The notes below the pieces were generated by a model that saw only the letters and a list, made by a program, of their open reading frames with translations, ran no database searches and was not told the DNA's origin. Positions 51,410 to 62,563 of a stretch of DNA of 64,000 nucleotides are shown here, one piece after another. Every line of letters starts with the position of its first letter. Position 1 is the first letter of the stretch. Location: NCBI GenBank assembly GCA_965153285.1, contig OZ229114.1; one strand, 5' to 3'. Both the position numbers and the translations under genes were made by a program. Source of the stretch: Podarcis tiliguerta. Taxonomy: Eukaryota.

Positions 51410-51760
51410 TTATTTTTATGTTTATACCTCCTCCTTTCCTCTGAGGAACTCAAGATGGTGGGCCTGGTTCTCCTATTTTGTCCTCACAACAACCCCGTGA
51501 GGCAGGTTACACTGAGGTGGCTTCCAGACCGCTGCTCTTTCCAGGTGGGATTCAACCACATGCCAGCAAATCAAGGCTGCCCAATTAGAATTGATTTGGA
51601 GCCACTTCCCAAAAGATTTGACTTCTTGCGATAAGGAAAGTGTGGGTCAGCGCTTGCATGAAGCAACATCTTCTTACCTCAAGGTCACCTAGTGAGTTCT
51701 GTGGGTGTTTGAATTTGGTCCTAGCCTGAACCTCTAGCCACTAGGCCACACTGCTTCTTG
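51410..51760 (-). mobile_element. MIR-derived (Squam3-like) SINE with internal insertion
   Basis: tcctcacaacaaccccgtgaggcagg core, then ~160 bp of unrelated sequence, then caaggtcacctagtgagtt...tttgaa...ctagccacta head. Confidence 0.6.
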
Positions 51761-52289
51761 ATGAGGTCACCCAGAGACATGTAAGGCAGTGATGGTGTGT
51801 GTGTGTGTGTGTGTGCTGTTGTCCTCCACATCTTGCTGGAGCCCCTCTTCCATCAGTCGTAGCCAGCATGGCCAGTAGTCAGGGATGATGGGAGTTTTAG
51901 TCCAACAACATCTGGAAAGTCACAGGTTCCCTATTTGGGGGGGGGGGGGCAGGCTGAGGAGAGTTTCCTGAGAACCCTAAGCAGCGCTGAGAAGCGTATG
52001 CAGCGCAGGATCCGCAACGGGAAGTAGCGCCTTGTAGCATGCTTGCCACCAATGAAGCCACAGCACCAGTGCTATCGTTTTTGTTTTTGTTATATCTTAT
52101 AAATTTTTGATAATATTTTACTTTTATTTTATATTTTGAAGAATCTTACCATTCCTACCATACACCTGTTTTTTGAAAATTTGAACTTAGCAAATTTTGG
52201 AGGGCGGTGTAATTAGCTAGGGCCTTGCCTGGGGTGCAAGACAGCCTAGCACTGTACGAACCTAGGGAGCTGCTCCCCAAATGTAATCA

Positions 52290-52980
52290 GCGAACCTAGA
52301 GCACCGAAAAGCCCTTCCTTGCCAGCCCTGCGTTTCCAGGGGCGGGTCGCGCCCAGGTGCACAACCGGCCTCCCTCTCCCTCTGCGCCCAATCGCTGCAG
52401 GGCAATCCTGTCTTCGCCCCGCCCCCGCCCCATTTCAAAGGACGTGGTTGGCCGAGCGGGCGCAGCCACCGCCCAAGATCTTCGCAGAAGTTTAGTTCCG
52501 GCTGAGTTTGCGCCTCTCCGCCCCTTGCGCCAGGTGAGGTGACAGCAAGTTCCAAGGCAGCCTCGCCAGGCGCCTCGACTCAGTCCCGGAGGAGGAGGAG
52601 GAGGAGGAGGAGGAGCTCCTAGTCCCGCCCCGTCCCGGGCGGAGTCGCCGCGGCTGCTGACATGTTTCCCCGGGACGGAGTCACGCGCGCTTTTCCTCGG
52701 GGCTGCTTTCGTGGAGCCCCTTCGGGACAGGATCGCCCAGCAGCCTGCGCGCTTCCCGCCGGCTGCGTCTGATTCCGGGGAACCGCCTTGCTCGCCGGCG
52801 ACTTGCCTGGAAGGGGGTCTCTGGAGCGGCGAAGGTAGGGCTGTCGGCGCGGGCCCGGAGGCGCCCCTTCGCCTTCCGTGGGGGGCGGGGAGGGCGATCT
52901 ACGCAGGATCTTGACCCTTCGCAGCCAACGGGGCTTCCTACCCCTCGCTTGCTCCCGCTTCCATTTCCTGCAGCGAACAG
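52290..52980 (+). promoter_or_regulatory. HPS1: CpG-island promoter and non-coding first exon(s) of HPS1
   Basis: Only long CpG-dense, GC-rich segment in the window; GC boxes (GGGGCGGG 52339-52346; CGCCCCGCCCCCGCCCC 52415-52431), CCAAT 52388-52392; candidate donors CAG|GTGAGG (52533/4) and AAG|GTAGGG (52834/5); ~1.1 kb upstream of the HPS1 ATG exon. Confidence 0.85.
52588..52614 (+). repeat. (GGA)9 repeat inside the HPS1 CpG island
   Basis: Directly visible. Confidence 0.95.
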
Positions 52981-54058
52981 TGGACTTGCCTGAATTTCCT
53001 CTTTCCTCTTTCCACCCCAAGTTTGGGGGGAAATGGTTTAGTTTCGTTGCACCTGGCTATTGGGAAGGGAGGCTTGGATCAGGCCCGGATAGCCCACGAC
53101 GATTCCTTAAGAGAGCTTCCTTTCTTTTGGGCCGCCCCGCTACTAAAGTAACCCAGTTTTCCGTTCAAAGCAACAGCAGCCCTTGTTTTACACGCTGCGT
53201 TTTGCTCAGCTTGCAGTCGCCTCATCTGCAACAAGACATGTCTCTACTGTATGGGATTTTACAGCCACAACAGGCGCTGTAACTCTCCAACGGTTTGACT
53301 CTGCCACCAAAGGCACACTCCTCCATTGTCTCTGTAGACAAATGGATGCCAAAAAAAGTTGGTTCAGTGCTTTTGGATGGTCATCTTGTCCCTTTTATAT
53401 TTATCTTTAATTTATGCAATACACAATAGGGAAGAAAATTCTACCATTTCATACCTTCAGAGAATTAAATACAAATACAGTTGTTCCAATTGCCCAATAG
53501 CACAACGATGCCTGTTTGTGAGCAGTAGGGGAGATGCACACTATTGGAAATTAAGCCTCCAAGCCATCTATTGGCAGGGGGAGACAAGGAGTGTTTGTCA
53601 AAGGCAAAGAAGCCAGGACATGTATTACTGTGGTGTGGGGAGTGGTTCCAGTGTCTCCTGTGCAGTGATAACCTTCAGCTTTTACAAATGAGCTTGCAAG
53701 CCTATGTTGTGTTCCTCAGCCGCCTCCTTCCCCCACTCTCCAAGAAAGGTCACCTCCAGACTGTCAGAATTTTGCAGGGATGGATTCACATGCACACTGA
53801 AAATGCATCATAGGACTGAGCTGAGCAAAATGGACTCTCCTCCCTCTGTTAACTCTAAATTTGCTCTGGTGTTCCTTCTAGTCCTCTAGAGCCAGTCTGG
53901 GGACAGGGTGGGGAATCCCACTGTGCTAGTGTTAATCTTTGTGCCAGTGCAACTATTTAGTTGAATACCAGCTTGGGTTGACATTTGGACCAGGAAGCTA
54001 AGGAGGGGCCTTGTACCAGGGGCCTAGGTGATGCATTAATGCATATATTTATTTGCAG

Positions 54059-54175
54059 ATGAAGTGTGTGCTGATTACTAGTGAGGTGGCAGAGGTCCTG
54101 TTCTACTGGGCTGACCCAGAATTCATGGCGATTCTGCACCAGCGCTTTGGGGGCCATGATCAAGGTGGTGGTGAG
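54059..54175 (+). CDS. HPS1: HPS1 (BLOC-3 subunit, Rab32/38 GEF), first coding exon, 117 nt
   Basis: atttgcag|ATG AAG TGT GTG ... GGT GAG|gtgaga; MKCVLITSEVAEVLFYWADPEFMAILHQRFGGHDQGGGE matches the HPS1 N-terminus MKCVLVATEGAEVLFYW. Confidence 0.95.
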
Positions 54176-54617
54176 GTGAGATTTAAAGGGAGGGAGGGAA
54201 ATGGACCAGAGTAAATGGATGCAGGGCCAAAATGGCATTGCTGGCATTGCGTTCAGCGCTTGAGAAAGATGTTCTGCAAAGTTCCTGGAGTGATGGGGGA
54301 AAGTGTACTGGAGGTGGAAGTGTGTATGCTTATAAAAGCTTTGGGGCTTGTCTGAATAGGATCAGGTTATTCCTCTTCTTTTGCTTTTGTATTTGCTTTT
54401 TTAAAAAATATGGATGCTATGTTTTAATTGTTTTCAGCAGTACACTGCCCAGAAAACCCAAGTTCTTAGATGGCTAATGGATATGATATATAGATATGTA
54501 GCTGGGAGGGAACTGGGTTATGGCCTGTCCATGGGTGTCCATGCATTTTAGCATGGGATGTGGCAGGACTTGGCAGGGCACAGTGACTGCTGCTTTTCCC
54601 TCTTTTTCTTTCCACAG

Positions 54618-54755
54618 GCCCCCGCTCTGGAAGACAGCATCAACACATTGTTTGCCCCCATGATCATCTCCTGCACAACACTGCTAGAGAAACTAGGAGA
54701 CACATACACTTGCTTCTCCTCTGAAAATGACAAACACCTCTATGTGTTACATATG
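54618..54755 (+). CDS. HPS1: HPS1 coding exon 2, 138 nt
   Basis: tttccacag|GCC CCC GCT ... CAT ATG|gtaacc; [46 protein letters not shown]. Confidence 0.96.
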
Positions 54756-55546
54756 GTAACCGAATGGGCCACGTGCTTAGAAATGTATAGATGTTGATGG
54801 GAATTTAGTGGACAGACTAAGTCACCTTGAGACATTCATTAGCAGTAGAGGGTGGAGGCTAGCCAATGCAGCTACATGAGGCCTCCCATATTATTTAAAC
54901 TGGGGTGGGTGGGTGTCATCGAAGCTCCTTTTCTTTGTTCCTGCAGTCACAGGGAGGTCATCTTCTTTGGCGATCACTCGTAGCTGAGTAAGATTGTCTT
55001 ACACGGTCTTAACAGGGAGTCCATAAGTGACTGTGGAGGCCAGTTCTGGATCCACACGTCCTTCCACAGTGGGGACATAGGTTTCTGGATGGGAGTTGAT
55101 ACGGTGAGGGTTTGCCAAACGTGCCTTCCTATTAGTGAGTTTCTCCCTTTTTTCCTGCGTTTGAGTGTCTTCAAAGTCCATGACACCTTTGGTAAAAGCT
55201 GTTCTCCATTTGGAGTGCTCGCAGGCCAGTGTTTCCCAGTTGTGCTGTTTATACTACATTTTTTTTAAGATTTGCATTGAGAGAGTTGTTAAACCTCTTT
55301 TGTTGACAACCAGCATTGCGCTTTCCATTTTTCAGCTCGGAATAGAGTAGTTGCTTTGGAAGACAATAATCAGGCATCTCATCCGAACAACATGACATTA
55401 CGCAGATCTGTTTTATTTAAATAAACACCAAAATGCATCAATATTTTTGGAGCAAAGGGGACTTCACATATTTCCATGATCATTTTACATCTGTCTTCAT
55501 CTTCCTTGTAATGACTGAGATAACAATCCTCTTGCTGCTTCTACAG

Positions 55547-55689
55547 TTTGGCGAGTGCCTGTACATTGCTGTGAACGGCGATGGCTCCGAGAGTGAGGAT
55601 GACTTGCGCCGTAAGCTGTATGTGCTCAGGAGACTGGCTGAAGCTCACTTTGGACTAGTCACACTCGACAGCCACCTCTTCCGCAGAGA
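55547..55689 (+). CDS. HPS1: HPS1 coding exon 3, 143 nt
   Basis: cttctacag|TTT GGC GAG ... AGA GA|gtgagt; [47 protein letters not shown](E). Confidence 0.96.
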
Positions 55690-56836
55690 GTGAGTTACTG
55701 TGCCAGAGCAGGGATTTCCTTGCTTCCTTCCTTTATTGTGATGAGCGTGTTTTCCTCCATCCCTGGATGGGATGTTTCGTTCACAGCATATGGGTCCTGC
55801 TTTCCATGTGGTCTTCTTAGGCCCCTGTAACACTAAAGTCCCAGTGTGCTGAGCCACAGGAAAGCAGCTTCTCCTTGGTGCTGTTCCACACAGCTGGCGC
55901 ATGTGAGACTAGTTTGTATGGAACTGTCATACTTCTGGGCACATGAAGGAAAGGGAAGCCTTAGTGCGACAACCTTGCCCATGTGAGAGCAGTATTCTTG
56001 GAACACTGAGCAGTAGCTGCATGGGATGTCACCATAGTGCAAATTATGGTTTATATGCGCATGAAAAGAGCCCGAGGCAGCAGAGCCTGCCTTCCCTATA
56101 ATTTGCAGAAAAGTAACAGCAAAGTAGGATCTGTTTGGGGGTTTGAGTGCAGCTCTCAACAATGCCTATGTCTGGGGATGGTTACACAGGTGAGATAAGA
56201 CCAAGGAGAGATGAACTGTATGGCCTCTCTGCTCCACAGGCAGGTAGCTGACTTTGCCCTGGGTGCCATCTGAAGATTATGAATGTAGCCCGAAAAAGTT
56301 CTCTTTGATTTGACTATGTAGAAATAAATTCTCCGCATAAGTTTTAAAGCCTTACTTGCAGAAACCTGGTTTAAACTTTACAAAAGCAATAAAAGATACA
56401 TTGTCTCAGTTATACATTTCTAGTATTACATATACTGGACTCAATCTTTGCCAAAACACAGTCATTTCAGCTAAAAAATAAAAGATTCCTCTCTCTTTTC
56501 CAGCTTACTGCATTTTGATTAATGCTCAGGGAGATCTGTGTGTACTTGAAAAACTACTCTGAGTGGTGTGGGCTACTTCATTAACATAAGTAAACACTTT
56601 GGAATTCTGTCCCAAAAAAACATAAAACTTAACTTACCCCATTTTTGTAGTGGAAAAATACAAACCTTCAGCTGTGTGTTCATTCTTCACAGTAACTTGA
56701 ATACAATACGACAATTACGCACCATTTTATGTAACATTAAATAATTTTAACACAATCTGTAAGTTTGAGGATTTCTGTCTCTGCCCTGGAGGTAAACCAT
56801 TGGCCTCCACTGATTTTGTGGGTTGTTGCTTTGTAG

Positions 56837-56945
56837 GCTGCGCCCAGGGGATTCTGAGCAGCGGGCTCACATTTGGGGACTGTTTCAGAGCCTCCTTCAG
56901 ACCCATCACCAGCTCCGCCAGGATGACCAAAGCTTTGCTGTGGAG
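56837..56945 (+). CDS. HPS1: HPS1 coding exon 4, 109 nt
   Basis: ctttgtag|G CTG CGC CCA ... GTG GAG|gtaaag; LRPGDSEQRAHIWGLFQSLLQTHHQLRQDDQSFAVE. Confidence 0.95.
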
Positions 56946-57588
56946 GTAAAGTGGACTGGGGCAGTCGATAAGTGGTGGTTGGAATGAAGCCAGGGATGCA
57001 GTTGTTCTACTGGGTAGCCTAGGATGGATGGAGCAAGCTAGGATACGTGTGTGTTGCCCCCTAGAACAGGGATGTGGCATTTTTTCCAACACACATACGT
57101 TGAGCCAGAAGCAAAAGAGCGTCGAGCAATGGCTGTGTCTCTTACCATTGTCTACTAGGCTACATTCCAGGCATGCAAAAACCAGAGGCTACAACACACA
57201 CCCTCAACACCTCTGCATCCAGGGAAGCAAGATGCATTATCAGTATTAAATTGAATTTTTGATCTATATCCCACCCTTCCTCCCTAAGAAGCCCAGGATG
57301 AGGAGGGGTGTGTTTTTGGAAGAGTCCTGGAGGCCAGACTAAGGGCCTCCCAGGCCTGGGTTCCCTACCCCTGAAGTGGGTAGCATTGTGGATAGTTCGT
57401 CTAGTCAGGCCTAGAAGGGAATGCATGTCCTGAATCTGCATAGACTGATGGAGCTGGGGAAGTGGGCTTTTCATGTTGTGTGCCTCACGATAATTGCTGC
57501 CTGGGCTCTGCACAAGGGACCATACATCCCAGGGCTGGGAGGGAAGACCTTGCGCTGCAAACCTGTTCCTCTGCACCACCCTCTTTAG

Positions 57589-57749
57589 GCCGTGGAGCGA
57601 CTGATCCACCCTCAGCTGTGTGAGCAGTGCATTGAATTCCTGGAGCGCCAGGTCGTGCAGCACATCAATGGCAGCCCAGAGCGTGCTGGGCACGAAGTCG
57701 TGCATGCCTTCCTGCTCGTGCACACCAAGCTCCTTGCCTTTTACTCCAG
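57589..57749 (+). CDS. HPS1: HPS1 coding exon 5, 161 nt
   Basis: ctctttag|GCC GTG GAG ... TAC TCC AG|gtaaac; [53 protein letters not shown](S). Confidence 0.96.
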
Positions 57750-58075
57750 GTAAACCCCCACTTCCTCTCTGCAGTCTCCTCATCCTCCCCTGAGGCACGT
57801 CCTGCTCATGCCAGCCCAGCATCTTCCACTGTGCCCATTGCCTCCTTTGGCACCCCGCACCTCTGCTTCCGTGCCAGCCAGACCACCCTGGGTCTCTGGT
57901 TGTCCTCCTCCCTCTGTCTCTAGAAGGATACCCCCCACCTTCAGATATGTAATTTCGTTGTCCCCGAAGGGGGCAATGACAATAAAGATATTATTACTAT
58001 TATTATTATTATTATTATGTGGCTCCCCTAACAGATGGCCGTGTCTTCACCTCTTCTCTTTTACCTGCCTCCTAG

Positions 58076-58178
58076 CCGGAATGCCAGCTCTCTGCGGCCT
58101 GCTGACTTGCTCACGCTCCTCCTGATTGTGCAAGATCTGTATCCCAGCAGCGCTTCTGAGGAGCTGCCAGCCTCCCAG
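58076..58178 (+). CDS. HPS1: HPS1 coding exon 6, 103 nt (alternative in-frame donor at 58190)
   Basis: gcctcctag|C CGG AAT GCC ... TCC CAG|gtacct; RNASSLRPADLLTLLLIVQDLYPSSASEELPASQ; 3' end ambiguous by 12 nt. Confidence 0.9.
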
Positions 58179-59413
58179 GTACCTGCCCAGGTGGGGAAGG
58201 AGACACATTCATACAAGGGGCTCTGTGTTTGTGGAGATTCCTCTTTGGGATCTTCTCAGACAATGACCTTGAGCTGGACTGAGCTGTGTGGAGTTGGGCG
58301 TAAGTGAGATTCTGGGAGCTTGGTGGTATTTTACTGTCACAGAGCTGTCTTCCAAGTGAATTGCACTTGCCTCTGCAATACAGGCCTCCATGCAGAATTT
58401 TTAGGATGTGGCTACAGGCTTTGGTAAAAGGTTTAAATTGTGTTTTATGCATTTTGAGGGGTGTATTGACCTATGCTTTATCAGGCTACTGTAACTAGAT
58501 TTCGCATTTGGATGGGTTTTTAAAAAATGTACATTATATTTGGTGTTTAAGCTACCTTGGGAGGGCTATGACCTAAGTGGCAAGCTTAACATATTTAAAT
58601 AAAAATCAATTAAATCTAAACAGGAGCTGGGATGGGTACCTTGGATTAATAGTAATAGTAGTAGTGATATTTGCATTTATACCCCACCCATTTGGCTGGG
58701 TTGCCCCAGCTACTCTGGGCTGCTTCCAACACAAAAACATAATAAAACATCAAACATTAATTAATCTGTTCCGATATAAAAGTCACAATAACTTTAAAAT
58801 AAATAAATCATATCAAACAAAGCAACATTCATTAAGAGCTGTTGCGCTGTGTGAAGTCTGTCTAGATGCCTGAATAGCTAAATGTCACAGAGAATCATTG
58901 TGGATTAATCATTAGAGACCACAGAGACCCAGGTCCAAATTCCCACTGAATGAATTTGGTTCAGTTTCTTATATGCCTCAATAGGCCTCTTAACCACCAC
59001 TTTAATTTCCCATAATGTCCTGGGCTGACACTGAGCCCAGAGCACTGTGGGAAATTAAAACAATGGATTGGCACAGTTTCCTTGTTCATTTGTAGGAGGT
59101 CCTCAAACACTTCTTTAAAGAAACAATTCAGATCTGGAAAATTTCAGATTTGTAAAATTTCATGGAGCTCAGTGTTTGCAAATTGTTTGCTGCCTATTTT
59201 AATGTTAGTATTTTTCATGATAACGTTTCGTGCTGCTTTATTAGAAACGTGCTATTTCATAGTATTAGAAATGAGACTGTAAGCTGCCTTGTGAGGACAG
59301 AGACACTATCAAAGGCAAGATTTTTATTAATAAATGGGCAGGAAGGAGCATGGCCTACATTGGTGGGTGAGTCCTGGCAGCTGTCCAAAGATGGCTAAGC
59401 CTGTCTCTTTCAG

Positions 59414-59506
59414 GTCTCAGAGGACGAGCCAAGTCTCCAGAGGCCCCATAGCAGTGAAAACATCCCAATGAACAGCCCTTGTCCCCATGCATCTTCCCAA
59501 GAACAG
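59414..59506 (+). CDS. HPS1: HPS1 coding exon 7, 93 nt, phase 0-0 (divergent linker)
   Basis: ctctttcag|GTC TCA GAG ... GAA CAG|gtaagt; VSEDEPSLQRPHSSENIPMNSPCPHASSQEQ resembles human PSPRRARSSQNIPV; strong splice sites. Confidence 0.85.
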
Positions 59507-59807
59507 GTAAGTATCAGCTGGGCTTTGGGCCTCCCATCCCAAAGGCCCAACCCTGGGTCCTTGGAATTTGTGGTTGATCAGGAGTTGGGTTGTAGGCTTA
59601 GCTTTAAAACCTGAGGGAAGCAGGGGAGACTAGGATGTTGTTGTGGCAAATGATATGCGATTCATTATTTGCTAGGAATGGTGAAACCCCCATCATTGTC
59701 CTTCTGGGATCCCATGGTGGAACCTATTTTGGCAGATGGGGAGGGAGCCATCCTGGGCTCGTGCTGAGTCTGTTCCCTCCCACACCCTCCCTTACGCCCT
59801 CCCTCAG

Positions 59808-59877
59808 GTAGCAGATGATCTCTCTATGCCCGAGGAGTTCTACACCCCCAAGGCTTCCCCTAGCCAACAGAGCACAG
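59808..59877 (+). CDS. HPS1: HPS1 coding exon 8, 70 nt
   Basis: ccctccctcag|GTA GCA GAT ... AGC ACA G|gtgagt; VADDLSMPEEFYTPKASPSQQST resembles human SLPEEYFTPAPSPGDQSS. Confidence 0.9.
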
Positions 59878-60288
59878 GTGAGTTTGGGGTCAGTGCGGAG
59901 GAGTATGAGAAGCGACTGTGGTCTCCTGTAGATGTGGGGAGAGCTGTCAGAATGCAAAGAAAGAAAGAAAGGAAGGGTGACTTGCACGTCAGCTGGCTTG
60001 ACTGAGTGGTGACTGCGTGGAAATCTGATTTCCCCCTCCCTGTTTTGGAAAGGGGCATTGCCCCGCTGCTTGACTGGCACTCAGAAGGTGTGCAAGTGTG
60101 GCTCTAAAAGCAATTTCCTATAGCACCTGCCAAGGGATGGGGTTAAGCGTAGGTGCTGCCCCAGCTAGGAGGTACCTGGATCAAAATGATGTTCCGAGTC
60201 TTTTGTTAGTTGCTGTCGGCAGCCGCCTTAACTGTTCCCACTTGTGGTGCTGGGGGTATCTGGTGTCTCTTCTCTCTGTTGCCTGAAG

Positions 60289-60356
60289 GAAGCACGGCCT
60301 GGGCTGATGGTGTGGACTTTCAGGGTGAGGGGGAGACGAATTCTGCTGACATCCAG
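60289..60356 (+). CDS. HPS1: HPS1 coding exon 9, 68 nt (AAG acceptor)
   Basis: ctctgttgcctgaag|GA AGC ACG GCC TGG ... ATC CAG|gtatgt; (G)STAWADGVDFQGEGETNSADIQ resembles human GSTIWLEGG...ALQ; restores phase 0. Confidence 0.85.
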
Positions 60357-61813
60357 GTATGTGCTTGGGCTTGGGATCGCAGCTCTGGATTTTTCTGCTG
60401 GGCCTCCCTTTCTGCTCTCTCCATTTCCACTTTACATTCTCTTCTGGGTCTGTCTTTTTGTTTTGTTTTTGGCCACCTTTACTTCTCTTATAGCCAGATC
60501 ATATGGAACATGATCAGTTTTTTTTCACCACCCTCATAGCATCAGCCTTGCAGCTTGTGGTTATGCCCCCCACAAATGGGGAAATGAACGGAAGCAGCTT
60601 TCTCAGAATTGTGCAAAGCACCACATGCGATGAGAAACGGCAGCAAAGAACCTCGGATAATGAAAGCTGGACAAAGAGGATCCATTCCACAAGGATTTTA
60701 GGGCAGCAGGATATTAGGGATCCCTTATGATCACATTTCCCAGTTTGCTTGATAGAGGTGTTGCTTTCTTTCTGTATACTTAGATGTTTCTATACTTTCT
60801 ATACTTCCCAGTACTGTGAAATCTGGGACAACCTTCCCCACCACCTGAACCATTAACATACCACAAATGCAACCTTCGTGGTGTCATTAAGATTGCATAT
60901 AAAGCTCACCGAAGCACATTGTAGTAAAGTTAACATTCCCTATGCTGGCAGACCAGGGTGTCTGTGGGTGGATGACCTTGGGGCTTAAATGAGGGGAGAA
61001 GAATGAGCAAGGGAGCCTTTAGAGATCTCCTGGTCTTTCAGGGAAAGGGTTGGAACAAGATCCCCTCAGTTGCCCTCTCCCCCCCCCCCAATGCAGATGG
61101 GAAAAACTGGCAGGGGAACTGGTCTATGCATTCATACTGCCCCACAATTACCAGCAGCATGCGGATGGGAGCAGTTAGCCAGCTGGGATTGGGAGCTAGG
61201 CATGTCCTGTTTTTCATGTCTGTAGTCCCTAATCCCATTCCCTACCTCAGCCAGGATCCCATCAACAGTGAAGGGGGCTCTCCCCTTCCAGCTGAAGGGA
61301 TCCTGGTGGTGGTTGAGGGCAAGGAGGAATGGAATTGGGCTGTGAGGCTGCATGTTCTTTGAACCCAGGACCATAAGCCTGTGACCCTCCAGATGTTGGG
61401 ATACAGACAAATGGTTTTGCTGACTGGGGCTGATGGGGAGTGGAAGTCCAAGGACATCTGGAAGGCCACAGGTTTCCTCGCCCCTGCTTTAAACTAGGTG
61501 GGGCGCTGTCCCGCCTTGGCTTAAAGGATGATGGGGGGTGAGGTGGGTGGACTAATTTGACTCCGGAGGCCTCTTTTGCTCTGAGCTCCTTTTCCCTCCC
61601 CACTTCCTTCACCTGTGGAATTGAGTCGCTCTGCTTGTTTCCTAGAATTGGCACTAGATGGAGCTATTGCTTCACTTTCCTGTTAAAGGAGCAGCCATTT
61701 AGTTCCTAAAATTGTGGAAAACTGAGTCCTTGAGGAACTTCACCCAAGAATGCTCTATGTCCGGTCAGACAGATCCCAATTCTGTGACAACGGCATGCTA
61801 ATCTTTTCCCCAG

Positions 61814-61981
61814 ATGGCTGAGGATTCGCTGCAGTTTCTGGCGCCTCCAGCCCCAGAGGCTACCAATCCACGGAGAATTTTCCTGGACGCCAACTTGAAG
61901 GAAGGCTACTGCCCCATGATGCCCCACATGATGTACTGCCTGCCTCTCTGGCCAGGAATCTCGCTGGTGCTCCTCACTAAG
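61814..61981 (+). CDS. HPS1: HPS1 coding exon 10, 168 nt
   Basis: ttttccccag|ATG GCT GAG ... ACT AAG|gtgagc; [56 protein letters not shown]. Confidence 0.96.
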
Positions 61982-62058
61982 GTGAGCCAGCTCTCCTGAG
62001 AGGTGTTTATGACGCCCAGCCTGCCTGGATCTCACTGAATGTCCCCTCTGCCTCTCAG

Positions 62059-62238
62059 AGCCCCAGTTCCCACGTGGCACATTCCATCTACCAGCTGCTG
62101 GATGGATTTCTGGTGCTGGAGAAGAAGCTGAAAGATGGGCAGGAGATCAGGCCTCACCTGCGCTCTCAGCCGGTCCTCGTGGAACTCCGGCATCGGATGG
62201 ACAACTTTGTCAAGAGGTTGGGTGGGCAAGAGCCACAG
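62059..62238 (+). CDS. HPS1: HPS1 coding exon 11, 180 nt
   Basis: cctctcag|AGC CCC AGT ... CCA CAG|gtgaga; SPSSHVAHSIYQLLDGFLVLEKKLKDGQEIRPHLRSQPVLVELRHRMDNFVKRLGGQEPQ; preceded by a 77-nt intron. Confidence 0.96.
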
Positions 62239-62453
62239 GTGAGATTTGGCCGATTTACACAGGAGCTGCCCAGGCACAAGGGTGCTGGAGTTCAGACCCT
62301 TTCCCAGAACACACTGCTAAGAGGGGCTGGGTGATGTAGTGTCTAGTGGGGCAGAGCTGGGCAGGCATGAACAGGCCTGAGCTATGGGTGAGTTCCCATT
62401 TACAGGAGTAGGAAAGACAATAGAATTGCTGGGTGATGCTGCACCTTGGAGCA

Positions 62454-62455
<2 letters not shown>

Positions 62456-62493
<38 letters not shown>
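62456..62493 (+). repeat. (TC)19 microsatellite forming the polypyrimidine tract of an HPS1 acceptor
   Basis: Directly visible; abuts AG at 62494-62495. Confidence 0.95.
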
Positions 62494-62495
<2 letters not shown>

Positions 62496-62497
<2 letters not shown>

Positions 62498-62563
62498 GCA
62501 GAATACCTGGCTGGAATTCAAGAACAAAGCTTTCTCTCGGAACGAGACTGGGAGTTCCTGCGA
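62496..62563 (+). CDS. HPS1: HPS1 coding exon 12 (start 62496 or 62502); gene continues beyond the window
   Basis: (tc)n-ag|TTG CAG|AAT ACC TGG ... TGC GA|gtgagt; [LQ]NTWLEFKNKAFSRNETGSSC resembles human [20 protein letters not shown]. Confidence 0.92.

Noticed and set aside
52678-52690. CLEAR/MITF element in the HPS1 promoter
   Set aside because: GTCACGCG is only a partial match to GTCACGTGAC
52262-53282. Pro/Arg/Gly-rich ORFs over the CpG island
   Set aside because: Expected from stop-codon depletion in GC-rich DNA; HPS1 homology starts at 54059
57160-57822. Longest ORF in the track (220 aa, minus strand)
   Set aside because: Antisense shadow of an HPS1 exon plus intron; no recognisable domain
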